DNA of 64,000 nt, taken from assembly GCA_963757755.1 (NCBI GenBank), contig CAVWTK010000003.1, forward strand, positions 295,825 to 359,824. Direction: 5' to 3'. The notes under the pieces are model-generated. The model searched no databases, had not been told where the DNA came from, and saw nothing but the letters and a program-made list of their open reading frames with translations. The position numbers were made by a program, and so were the translations under genes. Positions within the stretch are counted from its first letter, which is position 1. Each line of letters begins with the position of its first letter. This document shows, piece after piece, positions 9,445-18,515 of this stretch. This DNA comes from an uncultured bacterium. GTDB taxonomy: Bacteria > Desulfobacterota > Binatia > HRBIN30 > CADEER01.

Positions 9445-10644
9445 TCAACGAGGGTAATGGTATCCGAGATCGACCGGCGACCGATCGCGCGCGCCGTCAG
9501 AAAGTGTGGTGAGCGCCTCGAGGGCGGATTTGAGGGTCTCGCCGATGCGGCCGGAGCCGGCGTCGATGGCGGGGCTGTTCGCTTCGAGGTGGATGTCGCC
9601 GACGTTGGCGTTGACGAACAGGGCGTCGGTGTTCTTGTCGTGATTGCCGCGCAGGGTGGGCGGATTGTAGGCGGTGTGCTGGTCCTCGAGCGCGGGCTGG
9701 TAGACGAGGTTGTAGTCGCCGTCGAAGCCGTTCGGCCCGCCGCTGGCGTCGATCGCGACGCCGGTGCCGTTCTCCTGGAAGATGCAGTTCGTCACGATGG
9801 TGCCGGCGGGCGATGCCCCGCCGCTGGTGCGCAGGGACAACGCGGCGTGGTCGCTCAGGGCGACGGTGTTGTTCGCCAGCTCGGTGCGGTTGGCGGCGCC
9901 GGTGATGAGGATGCCGCGATCGGCCGAGAAGACGAGATTGTTGAACAGCAGGACGTCGCTCGAGCCGTCGATCCGGATGCCGTCCGCCGGCTGGGCGTTG
10001 GCGATGACGCAGTTGCTGATGGTGACGTGGTCCGATCCGCCGCGCACCCGCACGTCGACGGCGCTGGTGGCGGTGGTGGGGGCGACGCCGCGGACGATGA
10101 AGCCGTCGATCGTGACGTACGGCGAGCTGGTGACGATCGCCGCCACGAGGTTGCCGCCGCCGTCGATGATTACGTCGCCGGCGGGATCGCCGGTCGCCGC
10201 GCCGGTGCGGTCGGCGAGAATCTGGACCGGCTGCGCGGCGGTTCCGACGATGTCGGTGACCGTGAGGCGCTCCTGGTACACGCCGCGGCCGACGTGCAGC
10301 GTGCTGCCCGGTGACATCTTCGTCATCGCCTTGGCGAGCGTGCGCAGGGCCTGATCCGGCGCCGTACCCACGTTCTCGTCATTGCCGCTCTGGCGCACGA
10401 AGAGCGTGACGGGCGGGCCCGGCGTCTTGGTCGGGCGCGGCGTGTATGTCGGCCCGCCGGTCTTCGTCGCCGTTCGCGTCGGGCCGCCGGTGCGCGTCGC
10501 CGTGCGCGTCGACTTCGGCGTCCTGGTGGGCGCGTTGGGATCGGGCGTCTTGGTCGCCTTCGGCGAGCTGCTGCTGGTGCTTCCGCAGGCGGCCAGCACC
10601 AGGCACGTCATCACCACCAATCCCGTCAGTCCACGCATGCGCAC
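9445..10644 (-). CDS. lipoprotein with right-handed parallel beta-helix repeats (pectate-lyase fold, DUF1565-like)
   Basis: The lipobox is LVLAAC, followed by a Pro/Thr/Lys-rich linker. Repeated xxNCxI/NNxV beta-helix turns follow (VTISNCVIANA, VLLFNNLVFSA, ELANNTVALS, IVTNCIFQEN). Confidence 0.7.
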   Translation of the reverse strand: MRMRGLTGLVVMTCLVLAACGSTSSSSPKATKTPDPNAPTRTPKSTRTATRTGGPTRTATKTGGPTYTPRPTKTPGPPVTLFVRQSGNDENVGTAPDQALRTLAKAMTKMSPGSTLHVGRGVYQERLTVTDIVGTAAQPVQILADRTGAATGDPAGDVIIDGGGNLVAAIVTSSPYVTIDGFIVRGVAPTTATSAVDVRVRGGSDHVTISNCVIANAQPADGIRIDGSSDVLLFNNLVFSADRGILITGAANRTELANNTVALSDHAALSLRTSGGASPAGTIVTNCIFQENGTGVAIDASGGPNGFDGDYNLVYQPALEDQHTAYNPPTLRGNHDKNTDALFVNANVGDIHLEANSPAIDAGSGRIGETLKSALEALTTLSDGARDRSPVDLGYHYPR

Positions 10645-10760
10645 CTCGGTATCCCCCGACGCTACTCGCGGCGTACGTTGTTTGCCAATGGGAAGCGCAC
10701 CGGTGACCCAGCGAGCCTGGGCGCCAGGTTTTTACGGGCAACGGCGCCCCGGCTGATGGG

Positions 10761-11819
10761 TCACGCCCGTAGCCGCGGATCGGATGACGCGTCGGCGATC
10801 CCCAGCGCGCGGGTCGCCAGCGCGGCGGTCGGGCGGAGCATCCCTTCGAAGCCCTCGCCGAGGGTCTTGCCCTGCAGGTAGCGCGCGTAGATGCCCTCGG
10901 CGATGATGGCGAGCTTGTAGAGTGCCAGCACCTGGTAGAAATCGATCGCGGCGACGTCGCGGCCGCTGGCGCGGGCGTAGGTCTCGACGAGCTCCGCGCG
11001 CCGCAGGAAGCCGGGTTGCTGGGTGAACGGGGAGACGCTGCCGATGCTGGCGGCGTCGATCTGGTCGTCGGGGTCGGCCCAGTAGATGAGCGTGTAGCCG
11101 AGGTCGGACAGCGGGTCGCCGAGCGTCGCCATCTCCCAGTCGAACACCGCGATCACCGTGCCGGGATCGGCGGGGTCGAGGGCGAGGTTCCCGAGACGGA
11201 AATCGCCGTGGACGATCGTCGGCGACGGGGACGTCGGCAGCGCCGCGCGCAGGCGCCCGGCCAGCGTCTCGATCTCCGGCAGCGGCGCGGTCTGCGAGCG
11301 CTCCCACTGCTGGGCCCAGCGCCGCACCTGGCGCTCGAGGTAGCCGTCGGGATGGCCGAACCCTTCGAGGCCGACGGCGCGGTAGTCGATCGCGTGCAAG
11401 TGCACCATCGTGTCGATCATGGCCAGACTGATGCGGCGTCGCGCCTCGGGCGTGTCGGCGTACCCCTCGGGAAGGGCATGCGCGAGCACCACGCCGGGGC
11501 GATATTCCATGACGTAGAAGGGCGCGTCGTTGACGGCGACGTCCTCGCAGAGCGCGATCGGCCGCGCCACCGGCACGTCGGTGTCCGCGAGCGCCGCCAG
11601 CACGCGATACTCGCGCGCCATGTCGTGCGCGGTCGGCAGCACGTGCCCGAGCGGCGGCCGGCGCAACACCCATGATCTTCCGCCGCCCTCGACGAGGTAG
11701 GTGAGGTTCGAACGCCCGCCGCTGATCAGCGAGAAGTCGAGCGCGACGTCGCCGTGCGGCACGTGCGCCGCGAAGAATCGCGACACGTTGGCGGCGTGGA
11801 TTCCCCCGATCTCCGGCAT
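10761..11819 (-). CDS. phosphotransferase family protein (APH/ChoK-like kinase fold, ACAD10/11 N-terminal type)
   Basis: An intact 352-aa ORF. The Brenner motif is IVHGDFRLGNL, followed by FDWEMATLGDPLSDL. Confidence 0.8.
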   Translation of the reverse strand: MPEIGGIHAANVSRFFAAHVPHGDVALDFSLISGGRSNLTYLVEGGGRSWVLRRPPLGHVLPTAHDMAREYRVLAALADTDVPVARPIALCEDVAVNDAPFYVMEYRPGVVLAHALPEGYADTPEARRRISLAMIDTMVHLHAIDYRAVGLEGFGHPDGYLERQVRRWAQQWERSQTAPLPEIETLAGRLRAALPTSPSPTIVHGDFRLGNLALDPADPGTVIAVFDWEMATLGDPLSDLGYTLIYWADPDDQIDAASIGSVSPFTQQPGFLRRAELVETYARASGRDVAAIDFYQVLALYKLAIIAEGIYARYLQGKTLGEGFEGMLRPTAALATRALGIADASSDPRLRA

Positions 11820-11898
11820 CCGCGACTCTCTACCAGAACCGGGACCCTCTGTGACCTCTGCGGTGGAATTCTTTGGCGCCTTTCACCTAAGCTGCGCC

Positions 11899-12975
11899 AT
11901 GCACCCGCTCTATTCATGCGACGACCACCTCGATCTGTGGACGCTGCCGGTCGACCTCTGGTCCGCCCGCCTGCCGGCCGCGCTGCGCGAGCGCGGCCCG
12001 CGTGTCGAGCGCCAGGGCGACAACGACTGGTGGCTGTGCGACGGCGCGACGATGGGGCCGAGCGGGCTGAAGATGCTCGGCGACTACAACGCCACGACCC
12101 GCGCCGGCATCGAGGACGACGGCTTCCGCGCCAGCACCGCGAGCCTGCGCCTGCAGGACATGGACCGCGACGGGCTGCGCGCCTCGGTGATCTACGGGCC
12201 GTCGCTGTTCGGCCTGCCGATCGCGGATCCCGAGCTGAAGGCCATCTGCCTGCGCGCCTACAACGACTGGTCCGACGAGTTCAACGCCAACGACCGCAGC
12301 CGCCTGTGCGTGCTGCCGGTGCTGCCGACGCACACCCCGGCGGCGGCGATCGCCGAGCTCGAGCGCGTCGCCCGGCTCGGGCATCGCGGGGCGATCGTCA
12401 GCCCGTTCGAGTTCCGCGTCTCCGATCCCGCGTGGGACGGCCTGTGGGCCGCCGCCGCCGACACCGGCATCCCGCTCAGCTTCCACATCGGCCACGGCAC
12501 CTCGCAGGTGAAGGTCGCCTACATGAGCTGGGAGATGGCCGCGTTCGCCGCGGTCGCGCCGATGCAGCTCGACGAGCCGCTGGCGATGATGATCTTCTCC
12601 GGCGCCCTGGAGCGCCATCCGAAGCTCACGCTGGTGCTGGCCGAGTCGGGCATCGGCTGGGTGCCGTACTTCGTCGGCCGCATGGACCAGGCGGCGGAGA
12701 AGCACGTGCCGAAGGCGACGGACTATCAGCTCCGGGCGAAGCCGAGCGAGATCTTCCGGCGCCAGGTCTTCGCGACCTTCGAGGAGGAGCCGCTCGGCCC
12801 ACAGCTCATTCCGCTGCTCGGTCCCGACAACTTCATGTGGGCCTCCGACTATCCGCACCCCGACAGCACCTTCCCGCATTCCGCCGAGGCCATTACCACG
12901 GCCTTCGCCGGCCTCGACGACGCGGTCGTGCGCAAGGTGACGGCGGACAATTGCCGGGCGCTGTATCGCTTCTGA
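11899..12975 (+). CDS. amidohydrolase family protein (amidohydrolase_2/ACMSD-like)
   Basis: The start is taken at MHPLYSCDDHLD (ATG 11899). The C-terminus reads FMWASDYPHPDSTF. Confidence 0.8.
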   Translation: MHPLYSCDDHLDLWTLPVDLWSARLPAALRERGPRVERQGDNDWWLCDGATMGPSGLKMLGDYNATTRAGIEDDGFRASTASLRLQDMDRDGLRASVIYGPSLFGLPIADPELKAICLRAYNDWSDEFNANDRSRLCVLPVLPTHTPAAAIAELERVARLGHRGAIVSPFEFRVSDPAWDGLWAAAADTGIPLSFHIGHGTSQVKVAYMSWEMAAFAAVAPMQLDEPLAMMIFSGALERHPKLTLVLAESGIGWVPYFVGRMDQAAEKHVPKATDYQLRAKPSEIFRRQVFATFEEEPLGPQLIPLLGPDNFMWASDYPHPDSTFPHSAEAITTAFAGLDDAVVRKVTADNCRALYRF

Positions 12976-13066
12976 GGCCACCGATGAACGCGGATGGCCA
13001 CCGATGGACACGGAGAAAAATCTCGATCCGTGTCCATCTGTGGCCATCGGTGTCCGTCCGTGGATG
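12976..13066. repeat. REP-like hairpin, family B (GATGGMCAC units)
   Basis: ggccaccgatgaacgcggatggccaccgatggacacgga..tccgtgtccatctgtggccatcggtgtccgtccgtgg. It begins at the base after the TGA at 12973-12975. Confidence 0.85.
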
Positions 13067-13070
13067 ACGC

Positions 13071-13967
13071 ATGGGCCCCGTCATCATCGAAGCCGCGATC
13101 AACGGGATCGCCAACAAGGCGCGCAATCCGCACGTGCCGTGCGAGCCGGCGGAGATCGCGGCGGACGCCCTGGCGTGCTTCGCCGCGGGCGCGGCGATCG
13201 TGCACAATCACATCGATCAGTTCGGCAGCGCGCCGCCGGCGGCGGCGTTGCGCTATCTGGAAGGCTGGCGTCCGGTGCTGGCGCAGCGACCGGACGCGAT
13301 CCTCTATCCGACGGTCGGCTTCGGCGGCGACATCGTCGAGCGGTACGCGCACATTCCGCTGCTCGCCGCCGAGGGCGCCATCCGCATGAGCCTGTTCGAC
13401 AGCGGCTCGGTGAATCTCGGCGGCATCGGCGACGACGGCCTGCCCGGCGGCGGCTTCGATCTCGTGTACGCCAACAGCTTCGGCGACGTGCGCCACATGG
13501 CGGCGCTGTGCGAGCGCCATCGCCTGGGGCCGAGCGTGGCCGTGTTCGAGCCCGGCTTCCTGCGCACCGTCCTCGCGTACTGGCGGGCCGGCCGGCTGCC
13601 GCGCGGCACGTTCGTCAAGTTCTACTTCGGCGGCGACTTCGACTACCTCGGCGGCGGCGCGCGCGGCGTCAGCTTCGGCCTGCCGCCGACGCCGACCGCG
13701 CTGGCGGCCTACCTGGAGCTGCTTGGCGACTGCGACGTGCCGTGGGCGGTGGCGGTGATCGGCGGCGACGTCGTCGAGTCCGGGATGGCGCGCCTCGCGC
13801 TCGAGCGCGGCGGCCACCTGCGCGTCGGGCTCGAGGACTACGCCGGCGCGCGCCAGCCGCGCAACGTCGAGCTCGTGGAGGAAGCGGCCGCCCTGGCGCG
13901 GCGCGTGGGCCGTGAACCCGCCGACACGAGCGAGACGTCGACGCTGTTGGGATTGTCGCCGGCCTGA
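13071..13967 (+). CDS. 3-keto-5-aminohexanoate cleavage enzyme family (BKACE/DUF849)
   Basis: An intact 298-aa ORF with VIIEAAINGI, IVHNHID and HLRVGLEDY, typical of the BKACE TIM-barrel family. Confidence 0.8.
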   Translation: MGPVIIEAAINGIANKARNPHVPCEPAEIAADALACFAAGAAIVHNHIDQFGSAPPAAALRYLEGWRPVLAQRPDAILYPTVGFGGDIVERYAHIPLLAAEGAIRMSLFDSGSVNLGGIGDDGLPGGGFDLVYANSFGDVRHMAALCERHRLGPSVAVFEPGFLRTVLAYWRAGRLPRGTFVKFYFGGDFDYLGGGARGVSFGLPPTPTALAAYLELLGDCDVPWAVAVIGGDVVESGMARLALERGGHLRVGLEDYAGARQPRNVELVEEAAALARRVGREPADTSETSTLLGLSPA

Positions 13968-13979
13968 ATCGCCGCGCCG

Positions 13980-16550
13980 TTACGGCTTCACGAAATACGT
14001 GCCCAGCAGGAGGAACATCTCGTCCTCCGTGGTGACGCCGCCGTTCAGGGTGCACGCGTCGCAGCTGCCGTCGTTGGCACCGGGGCTCGAGTCGCACGAA
14101 CGATCGCGCGCGTCGTCGGTCGCGCCGCTGCACGGTGCGCCGACCTTGCCGCTGTAGCAGTTCGTCGCCTGCGGGCAGGTCGACGTGCCGAAGGGCGTCG
14201 GCGGCGAGGTGGACTTCCGCTTCACCTTCGTCGGATCCGTGAAGCCGTTGTCGTAGAGGGCGCAGTAGGTCAGCGTGCGCTCCGCCTTGACGCCGGTGAA
14301 GATCTGCGGAGGATCGAAGCGCAGCTCGACGGGATCGTTGTACAGGAAGTTCGTGTACATCAGGCTCGTCATCGGATCGCGGGCATCCGGGGCGGCGCAC
14401 GAGACGCCGTTGGGACATTGCGATGGGCTGAGCGGGTCACACGGGATGACGCCCGCTCCCGAGCAGGTGAACTCGCCGCGGAACGTTCGCCAGCGTTTGC
14501 CGCGCTGGTGCATGTGCGAGGTGAGCTCGAACAGGTTGGCGTTCTTCGGCAGCACGTGGGTGTTGCACACCTCCTGCTGCTGGAACGCCGGCACCGACAT
14601 CTTGAAGATGGCGGTGAGGTCGAAGATGCCGTCGGAGGCGTACAGGCGCTCTGCCGGTTTCGCAAATGTGAAATTGATCCAGGCGCGCAGCAGCCCGTCC
14701 TTGTCGGTCAGGTTGAACGCGTGCGAGTTCCACCAGATCATTCCCTTGAGCGGCACGCAGCGGTACGCGCCGTCGGGGAACGCCGAGCTGGCGTTGGTCT
14801 TCTGGGCACCGGAGAAGGGCACGGCGGCGCGCCCGCCATCGGCGGGACCGAAGCCATTGCAGGCGACCCCGGGCACGATCTTGGTGATGCAGAAGCTGCC
14901 GGCGCCGCAGGCGTCCTTCACGGTCGGATCGCACGTGGCGCCGTCCTGCGCGCCGCCATCGCAGTGGAAGCCGCCCCACGCCGGATCGTCCGGGCCGAAG
15001 GCGCCGGTGTACAGGTTGACGATCAGGTGGTGGCTGAGCGGATCCTGGCGGAGCTGCTCGGCGTTGTAGCAGAAGGTGTCGCCGCCGCCGCGCATCTCCT
15101 CGGGGACCTGGTCCGTGAGGTCGTAGTAGCTCGCGAAGCACACCTCGTGCTCGCTGTGCGCGTTGACGATCCACGGCGGCATCTGGAGCTGGACGCCGTC
15201 CGTCGCCGCCGGAGGATCGAGCGGCTTGATCTCGATCGGCTCGGGCTCGGGCAGGCAGGCGTGCAGCAGATCGCCGACGCCGGACACCGCGCCGTCCTTG
15301 GTCGCGGCGGCGTAGATCCACCGCCGTACCGCTTCGAGCTCGTCCCCGCTCAGGCCGGCCACGTTGCCGAGCGGCATCGGCGTGCCGATGCCGAGCTGCT
15401 CGAAGTCGTACTGGTCGGGCAGCGTCTTCGCGGCGAGCTTCAGGAAGAGCAGGCTCCGCTGCGGATCGCCGGGCTCGATGCGCTTGCGCGCGGGATCGAT
15501 GCTCGACGGGACGTCGATCAACTGCGCGTAGGAGCCGCCGGCGCGCAGGTCGAGGCCGCCGGACTGGGCTTTCCCGTGACAGGCGTCGTTGGTGCAGCCG
15601 TGGTTCTCGAAGATGGCCTTCTGGATCAGATCGTAGGTGGTGGCGAACGCGTCGCACTGCGTGGCGACGCAATCGCTCCGGCAGCCGTCGCCGTCGAAGT
15701 CGTTGCCGTCGTCGCACTCCTCGCCGCGCTCCTGCATACCGTTGCCGCACACCGGCACCGGGCAGGTCACGGCGTCCTGCACGTAGACGAAGCCGACCAT
15801 GCAGCCGGCCTGCGCGGCGATGCGGCCGAGGAAGTCGTCGGTGCTGCGGCGGTACGCGTCGGTGAAGGCGGTCTCGGGACACGTGGCGGCGATCGCGGCG
15901 GTGCTCTGGGCCTGGGCGCGCGCGATGCGGGCCCGGGCCCAGTCGACGAGGCGGGATTTCTGCTGCGCGGTCTGGCCGGTGCCGGCGATGCGGTCGAGCG
16001 CCTGCTGATAGGTGCGCATCGCGTAGCGCAGCAGTCGCGTCGACTCGCGCGCGCCGGCCTGCACGCACGCCGCCTTGCCCGGGTCGACGCTGGCGACGGT
16101 GCCGCCGATCATGACGGGGGCGAAGGCGGCGCTCATCGCCGCCGTGTCGAGCTGACGGCACGCGTCGGTGACGTCCTTCTGCGCGTCCTGCAGGTCGATG
16201 TAGCCGAGGTTCTGCAGTTGGTTGACGGTGCAGGAGCGCTGCAGCCGGTCGAGCGCGCGCTGGCGCGCGTCGGTGACGTCGGCGTCGAGGGCGGTCTCGT
16301 CGCACGCCCCGCCGTTCAGGGCGGCGCCGAGGCAGTTGCCGCGCAGCAGGGCGACGCGGGCGATGCACACCGAGGTGGCACGGCTCAGCACGCGCTGGCA
16401 GCGCGCGGCGTCAGCCGGGAACGGACCCCAGAACGCGAGCTCGGCCGGCTGGCCGTGCGCCCACGCCGTGCCGGTCGTCAGGCCGATGATCAGGGCCAGC
16501 AGCGTTCCGCGAAGTCGCGCTGTCACGAATGTCCTCGTCCCCCGGAGCAT
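13980..16550 (-). CDS. secreted multidomain protein: Cys-containing helical N-domain, Cys-rich repeat, PSCyt1-like motif, PHM/DBH-like two-copper monooxygenase-like C-terminal half
   Basis: An intact ORF. The signal peptide is MLRGTRTFVTARLRGTLLALIIGLTTGTAWA (start taken at 16550). Domains in order: VCGNGMQERGEECDDGNDFDGDGCRSDC, then IFENHGCTNDACHGKAQSGGLDL..MPLG..LSGDELEAVRRWI. The C-terminal half then has LSHHLIV, WNSHAFN, TSHMHQRGKRW and TTEDEMFLLLGTYF, in the order of the PHM CuH (HH..H) and CuM (HxH..M) ligands. Confidence 0.75.
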   Translation of the reverse strand: MLRGTRTFVTARLRGTLLALIIGLTTGTAWAHGQPAELAFWGPFPADAARCQRVLSRATSVCIARVALLRGNCLGAALNGGACDETALDADVTDARQRALDRLQRSCTVNQLQNLGYIDLQDAQKDVTDACRQLDTAAMSAAFAPVMIGGTVASVDPGKAACVQAGARESTRLLRYAMRTYQQALDRIAGTGQTAQQKSRLVDWARARIARAQAQSTAAIAATCPETAFTDAYRRSTDDFLGRIAAQAGCMVGFVYVQDAVTCPVPVCGNGMQERGEECDDGNDFDGDGCRSDCVATQCDAFATTYDLIQKAIFENHGCTNDACHGKAQSGGLDLRAGGSYAQLIDVPSSIDPARKRIEPGDPQRSLLFLKLAAKTLPDQYDFEQLGIGTPMPLGNVAGLSGDELEAVRRWIYAAATKDGAVSGVGDLLHACLPEPEPIEIKPLDPPAATDGVQLQMPPWIVNAHSEHEVCFASYYDLTDQVPEEMRGGGDTFCYNAEQLRQDPLSHHLIVNLYTGAFGPDDPAWGGFHCDGGAQDGATCDPTVKDACGAGSFCITKIVPGVACNGFGPADGGRAAVPFSGAQKTNASSAFPDGAYRCVPLKGMIWWNSHAFNLTDKDGLLRAWINFTFAKPAERLYASDGIFDLTAIFKMSVPAFQQQEVCNTHVLPKNANLFELTSHMHQRGKRWRTFRGEFTCSGAGVIPCDPLSPSQCPNGVSCAAPDARDPMTSLMYTNFLYNDPVELRFDPPQIFTGVKAERTLTYCALYDNGFTDPTKVKRKSTSPPTPFGTSTCPQATNCYSGKVGAPCSGATDDARDRSCDSSPGANDGSCDACTLNGGVTTEDEMFLLLGTYFVKP

Positions 16551-16646
16551 ACGATTGCATACCGGCGGGGGAGTGCTGTGACAAGAAGTCACCGGGCAAA
16601 CGGTTGATTTCCAAGGCCGAAACGCACCGCCGGCCGGCCTCGCGCG

Positions 16647-18197
16647 CTAGATCTTCGGGACGATGCGGTAGAGCTCGCCGCCGTAGTCGACGATGTACAG
16701 CTCGCCGCGCGCATCCTCGCCGAAGCTCACCACCGAGTCGATGGTCAGGCCGCCGCCGGGGGCCAGCGCCTTCGTACGATCCTCGAGCCCTGTCACGATG
16801 CCGTTCTCGTAGGCGAAGGTACGGATGAACGGCGTGCAGTAGTCGCTGAAAAAGTACTGCCCGCGGAGGTCGGGCAGGGCGCAACCGCGGTAGACGTAGC
16901 CGCCGGTGATCGAGCAGGGCCTGCCCTCGTCGCTGTGCGAATAGTCGAGGATCGGCGGTGTGAACGGCGCCACCTGTTCGGGGCACTGGTTGGTGCCCGG
17001 TGGCGGCTCGTGACAGGTCGCGCCCTCGAAGACGTCCCAGCCGAAGTTGGTGCCGCCCGGGCTTCCGGCGGGGAGGAAATCGATCTCCTCGCGGCGGTTC
17101 TGGCCGACGTCGGCGATGTAGAGGTCGCCGGTGAGGCGATCGAAGGCATAGCGCCAGGGATTGCGCACGCCCTTCGCCCAGATCAGTCCGAGCGGCGCGC
17201 CCTCGCCGGCGCGCGGATTGTCGGGCGGCACGTGGTAGTAGCGGCCGCTGGCCTCGGCCTCGGCGTCATCGACGTCGACGTCGAGCCGCAGCATCTTGGC
17301 GAGCAGCGTCTGGTCGTTCTGGCCGTTGCCGTTCGGATCGTCCTGACTGCCGCCGTCGCCCATGCCGACGAACATCGTGCCGTCGGGGGCGAAGGCGAGC
17401 AGGCCGCCGTTGTGGTTCGCGAACGGCTGGAGAATGGTCAGCAGGATCTTCTCGCTGTCGGGATCGGCGACGTCGGGATCGGCGCTGACGGTGTAGCGGG
17501 CGATGACGGTGTCGCCGTGGGTGTTGGTGTAGTCGACGAAGAAGCGGCCATTGTGCTCGTAGTCGGGATGGAAGGCGATGCTGAGCAGGCCGCGCTCGCC
17601 GCAGCAGCTGACGCGTTCATGGATGTCGAGGAAGGGCGTGTCGAGTTTGACGCCGTCCTTGATGATGCGGATGGTGCCGAACTGCTCGACGACGAAGAGG
17701 CGGTGCGGATCGAGCCGCGGCGCGCCGGCGAACACCGGCAGCGACAGCCCGTCCGTCACCAGCACCGACGTCAGTGCCGCACCGGGAAACGCGGCGACGC
17801 CGGCGCACGGATTGCCGCCCGGCTCGAGCTGGCAGGCGGCGTCGCAGCCGTCGCCGGCGACCTGGTTGCCGTCGTCGCACTCCTCGTCGGGATCCGCGGT
17901 GCCGTCGCCGCAGTGCAGTGGCCCGGGCGTGACCGAGGGCGTCGCCGTCGGCGTCGCGTCGGCACACCCGTTGAGCGCCGCGTCGACCCCGGCGATCAGC
18001 TCCTGGATCGCCACCTGCCCGTCGCCGTCGATGTCGGCCGCCGCGCAGCGATCCGTGCCCGCACTGCCGAGCGCGATCTCGACGCCGAGCACCAGCTCGT
18101 TGATCCCCACCGTCCCGTCACCGTCGCAATCGCTCGGACAGGCCCGGGCCGACAGCGGCGCGAGCAGAACGAGCAGGACGAGCGCGCGGGGAAGCAT
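16647..18197 (-). CDS. secreted PQQ-dependent sugar dehydrogenase (soluble glucose/sorbosone dehydrogenase family) with 2 dockerin-like modules and a Cys-rich repeat
   Basis: The start is MLPRALVLLVLLAPLSARA (ATG 18197). The modules are CPSDCDGDGTVGINELV, DIDGDGQVAIQELI and HCGDGTADPDEECDDGNQVAGDGCDAAC. The beta-propeller body has RGLLSIAFHPDY, HNGGLLAFAPDG, GVRNPWRYAFD and GDLYIADVGQNRREEID. Confidence 0.85.
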   Translation of the reverse strand: MLPRALVLLVLLAPLSARACPSDCDGDGTVGINELVLGVEIALGSAGTDRCAAADIDGDGQVAIQELIAGVDAALNGCADATPTATPSVTPGPLHCGDGTADPDEECDDGNQVAGDGCDAACQLEPGGNPCAGVAAFPGAALTSVLVTDGLSLPVFAGAPRLDPHRLFVVEQFGTIRIIKDGVKLDTPFLDIHERVSCCGERGLLSIAFHPDYEHNGRFFVDYTNTHGDTVIARYTVSADPDVADPDSEKILLTILQPFANHNGGLLAFAPDGTMFVGMGDGGSQDDPNGNGQNDQTLLAKMLRLDVDVDDAEAEASGRYYHVPPDNPRAGEGAPLGLIWAKGVRNPWRYAFDRLTGDLYIADVGQNRREEIDFLPAGSPGGTNFGWDVFEGATCHEPPPGTNQCPEQVAPFTPPILDYSHSDEGRPCSITGGYVYRGCALPDLRGQYFFSDYCTPFIRTFAYENGIVTGLEDRTKALAPGGGLTIDSVVSFGEDARGELYIVDYGGELYRIVPKI

Positions 18198-18325
18198 GGA
18201 GCGATGGTAGACGCCGCGGGAGTGAGAGGGAAATGGCGGCGGAGGAGCGTCGCAACGCACGCGGCAGCGCGCTGCTGGGAGCGCGGGCGGCTCGCCCGCA
18301 TCTCTAGGCTTGATGGGACAATGTG

Positions 18326-18473
18326 CACCGCCAAGGGCGCCAGGAAACGCCAAGGACGCCAACGGCGAGCGCGATCATACGCTCGTGACGGCTGAGCCCC
18401 TCAGCAACGAGGTCGAACGAAAGGCAGCCGAGGCACTGCTCGGCTTGCCGCCCTTGGCGTCCTTGGCGGTTCG
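18326..18473. repeat. REP-like hairpin (CCAAGGRCG units) with long loop
   Basis: The left arm is caccgccaagggcgccaggaaacgccaaggacgccaacggc. The right arm is gccgcccttggcgtccttggcggttcg. The loop holds a small gctgag/ctcagc hairpin. Confidence 0.7.
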
Positions 18474-18515
18474 CAATGTCACATCAAGGCGAGATAGCGC
18501 GCGCCAGCCTACGAT

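Noticed and set aside
12994-13389. Small ORFs translated from REP elements (peptides such as MATDGHG..ICGHRCPSV, HHGGTEARR, AHWLTGSLAH; for example 12994..13389, 50952..51293, 28728..28916, 36899..37105)
   Set aside because: They arise from both strands of palindromic repeats and recur only because the DNA repeat recurs. They have no RBS or independent coding signal.
14900-15650. Calling the 13980..16550 protein a c-type cytochrome because of the PSCyt-like segment
   Set aside because: The motif present is C-TNDA-CH (CX4CH), not the canonical CXXCH, so heme attachment cannot be assumed. I describe it only as PSCyt1-like.
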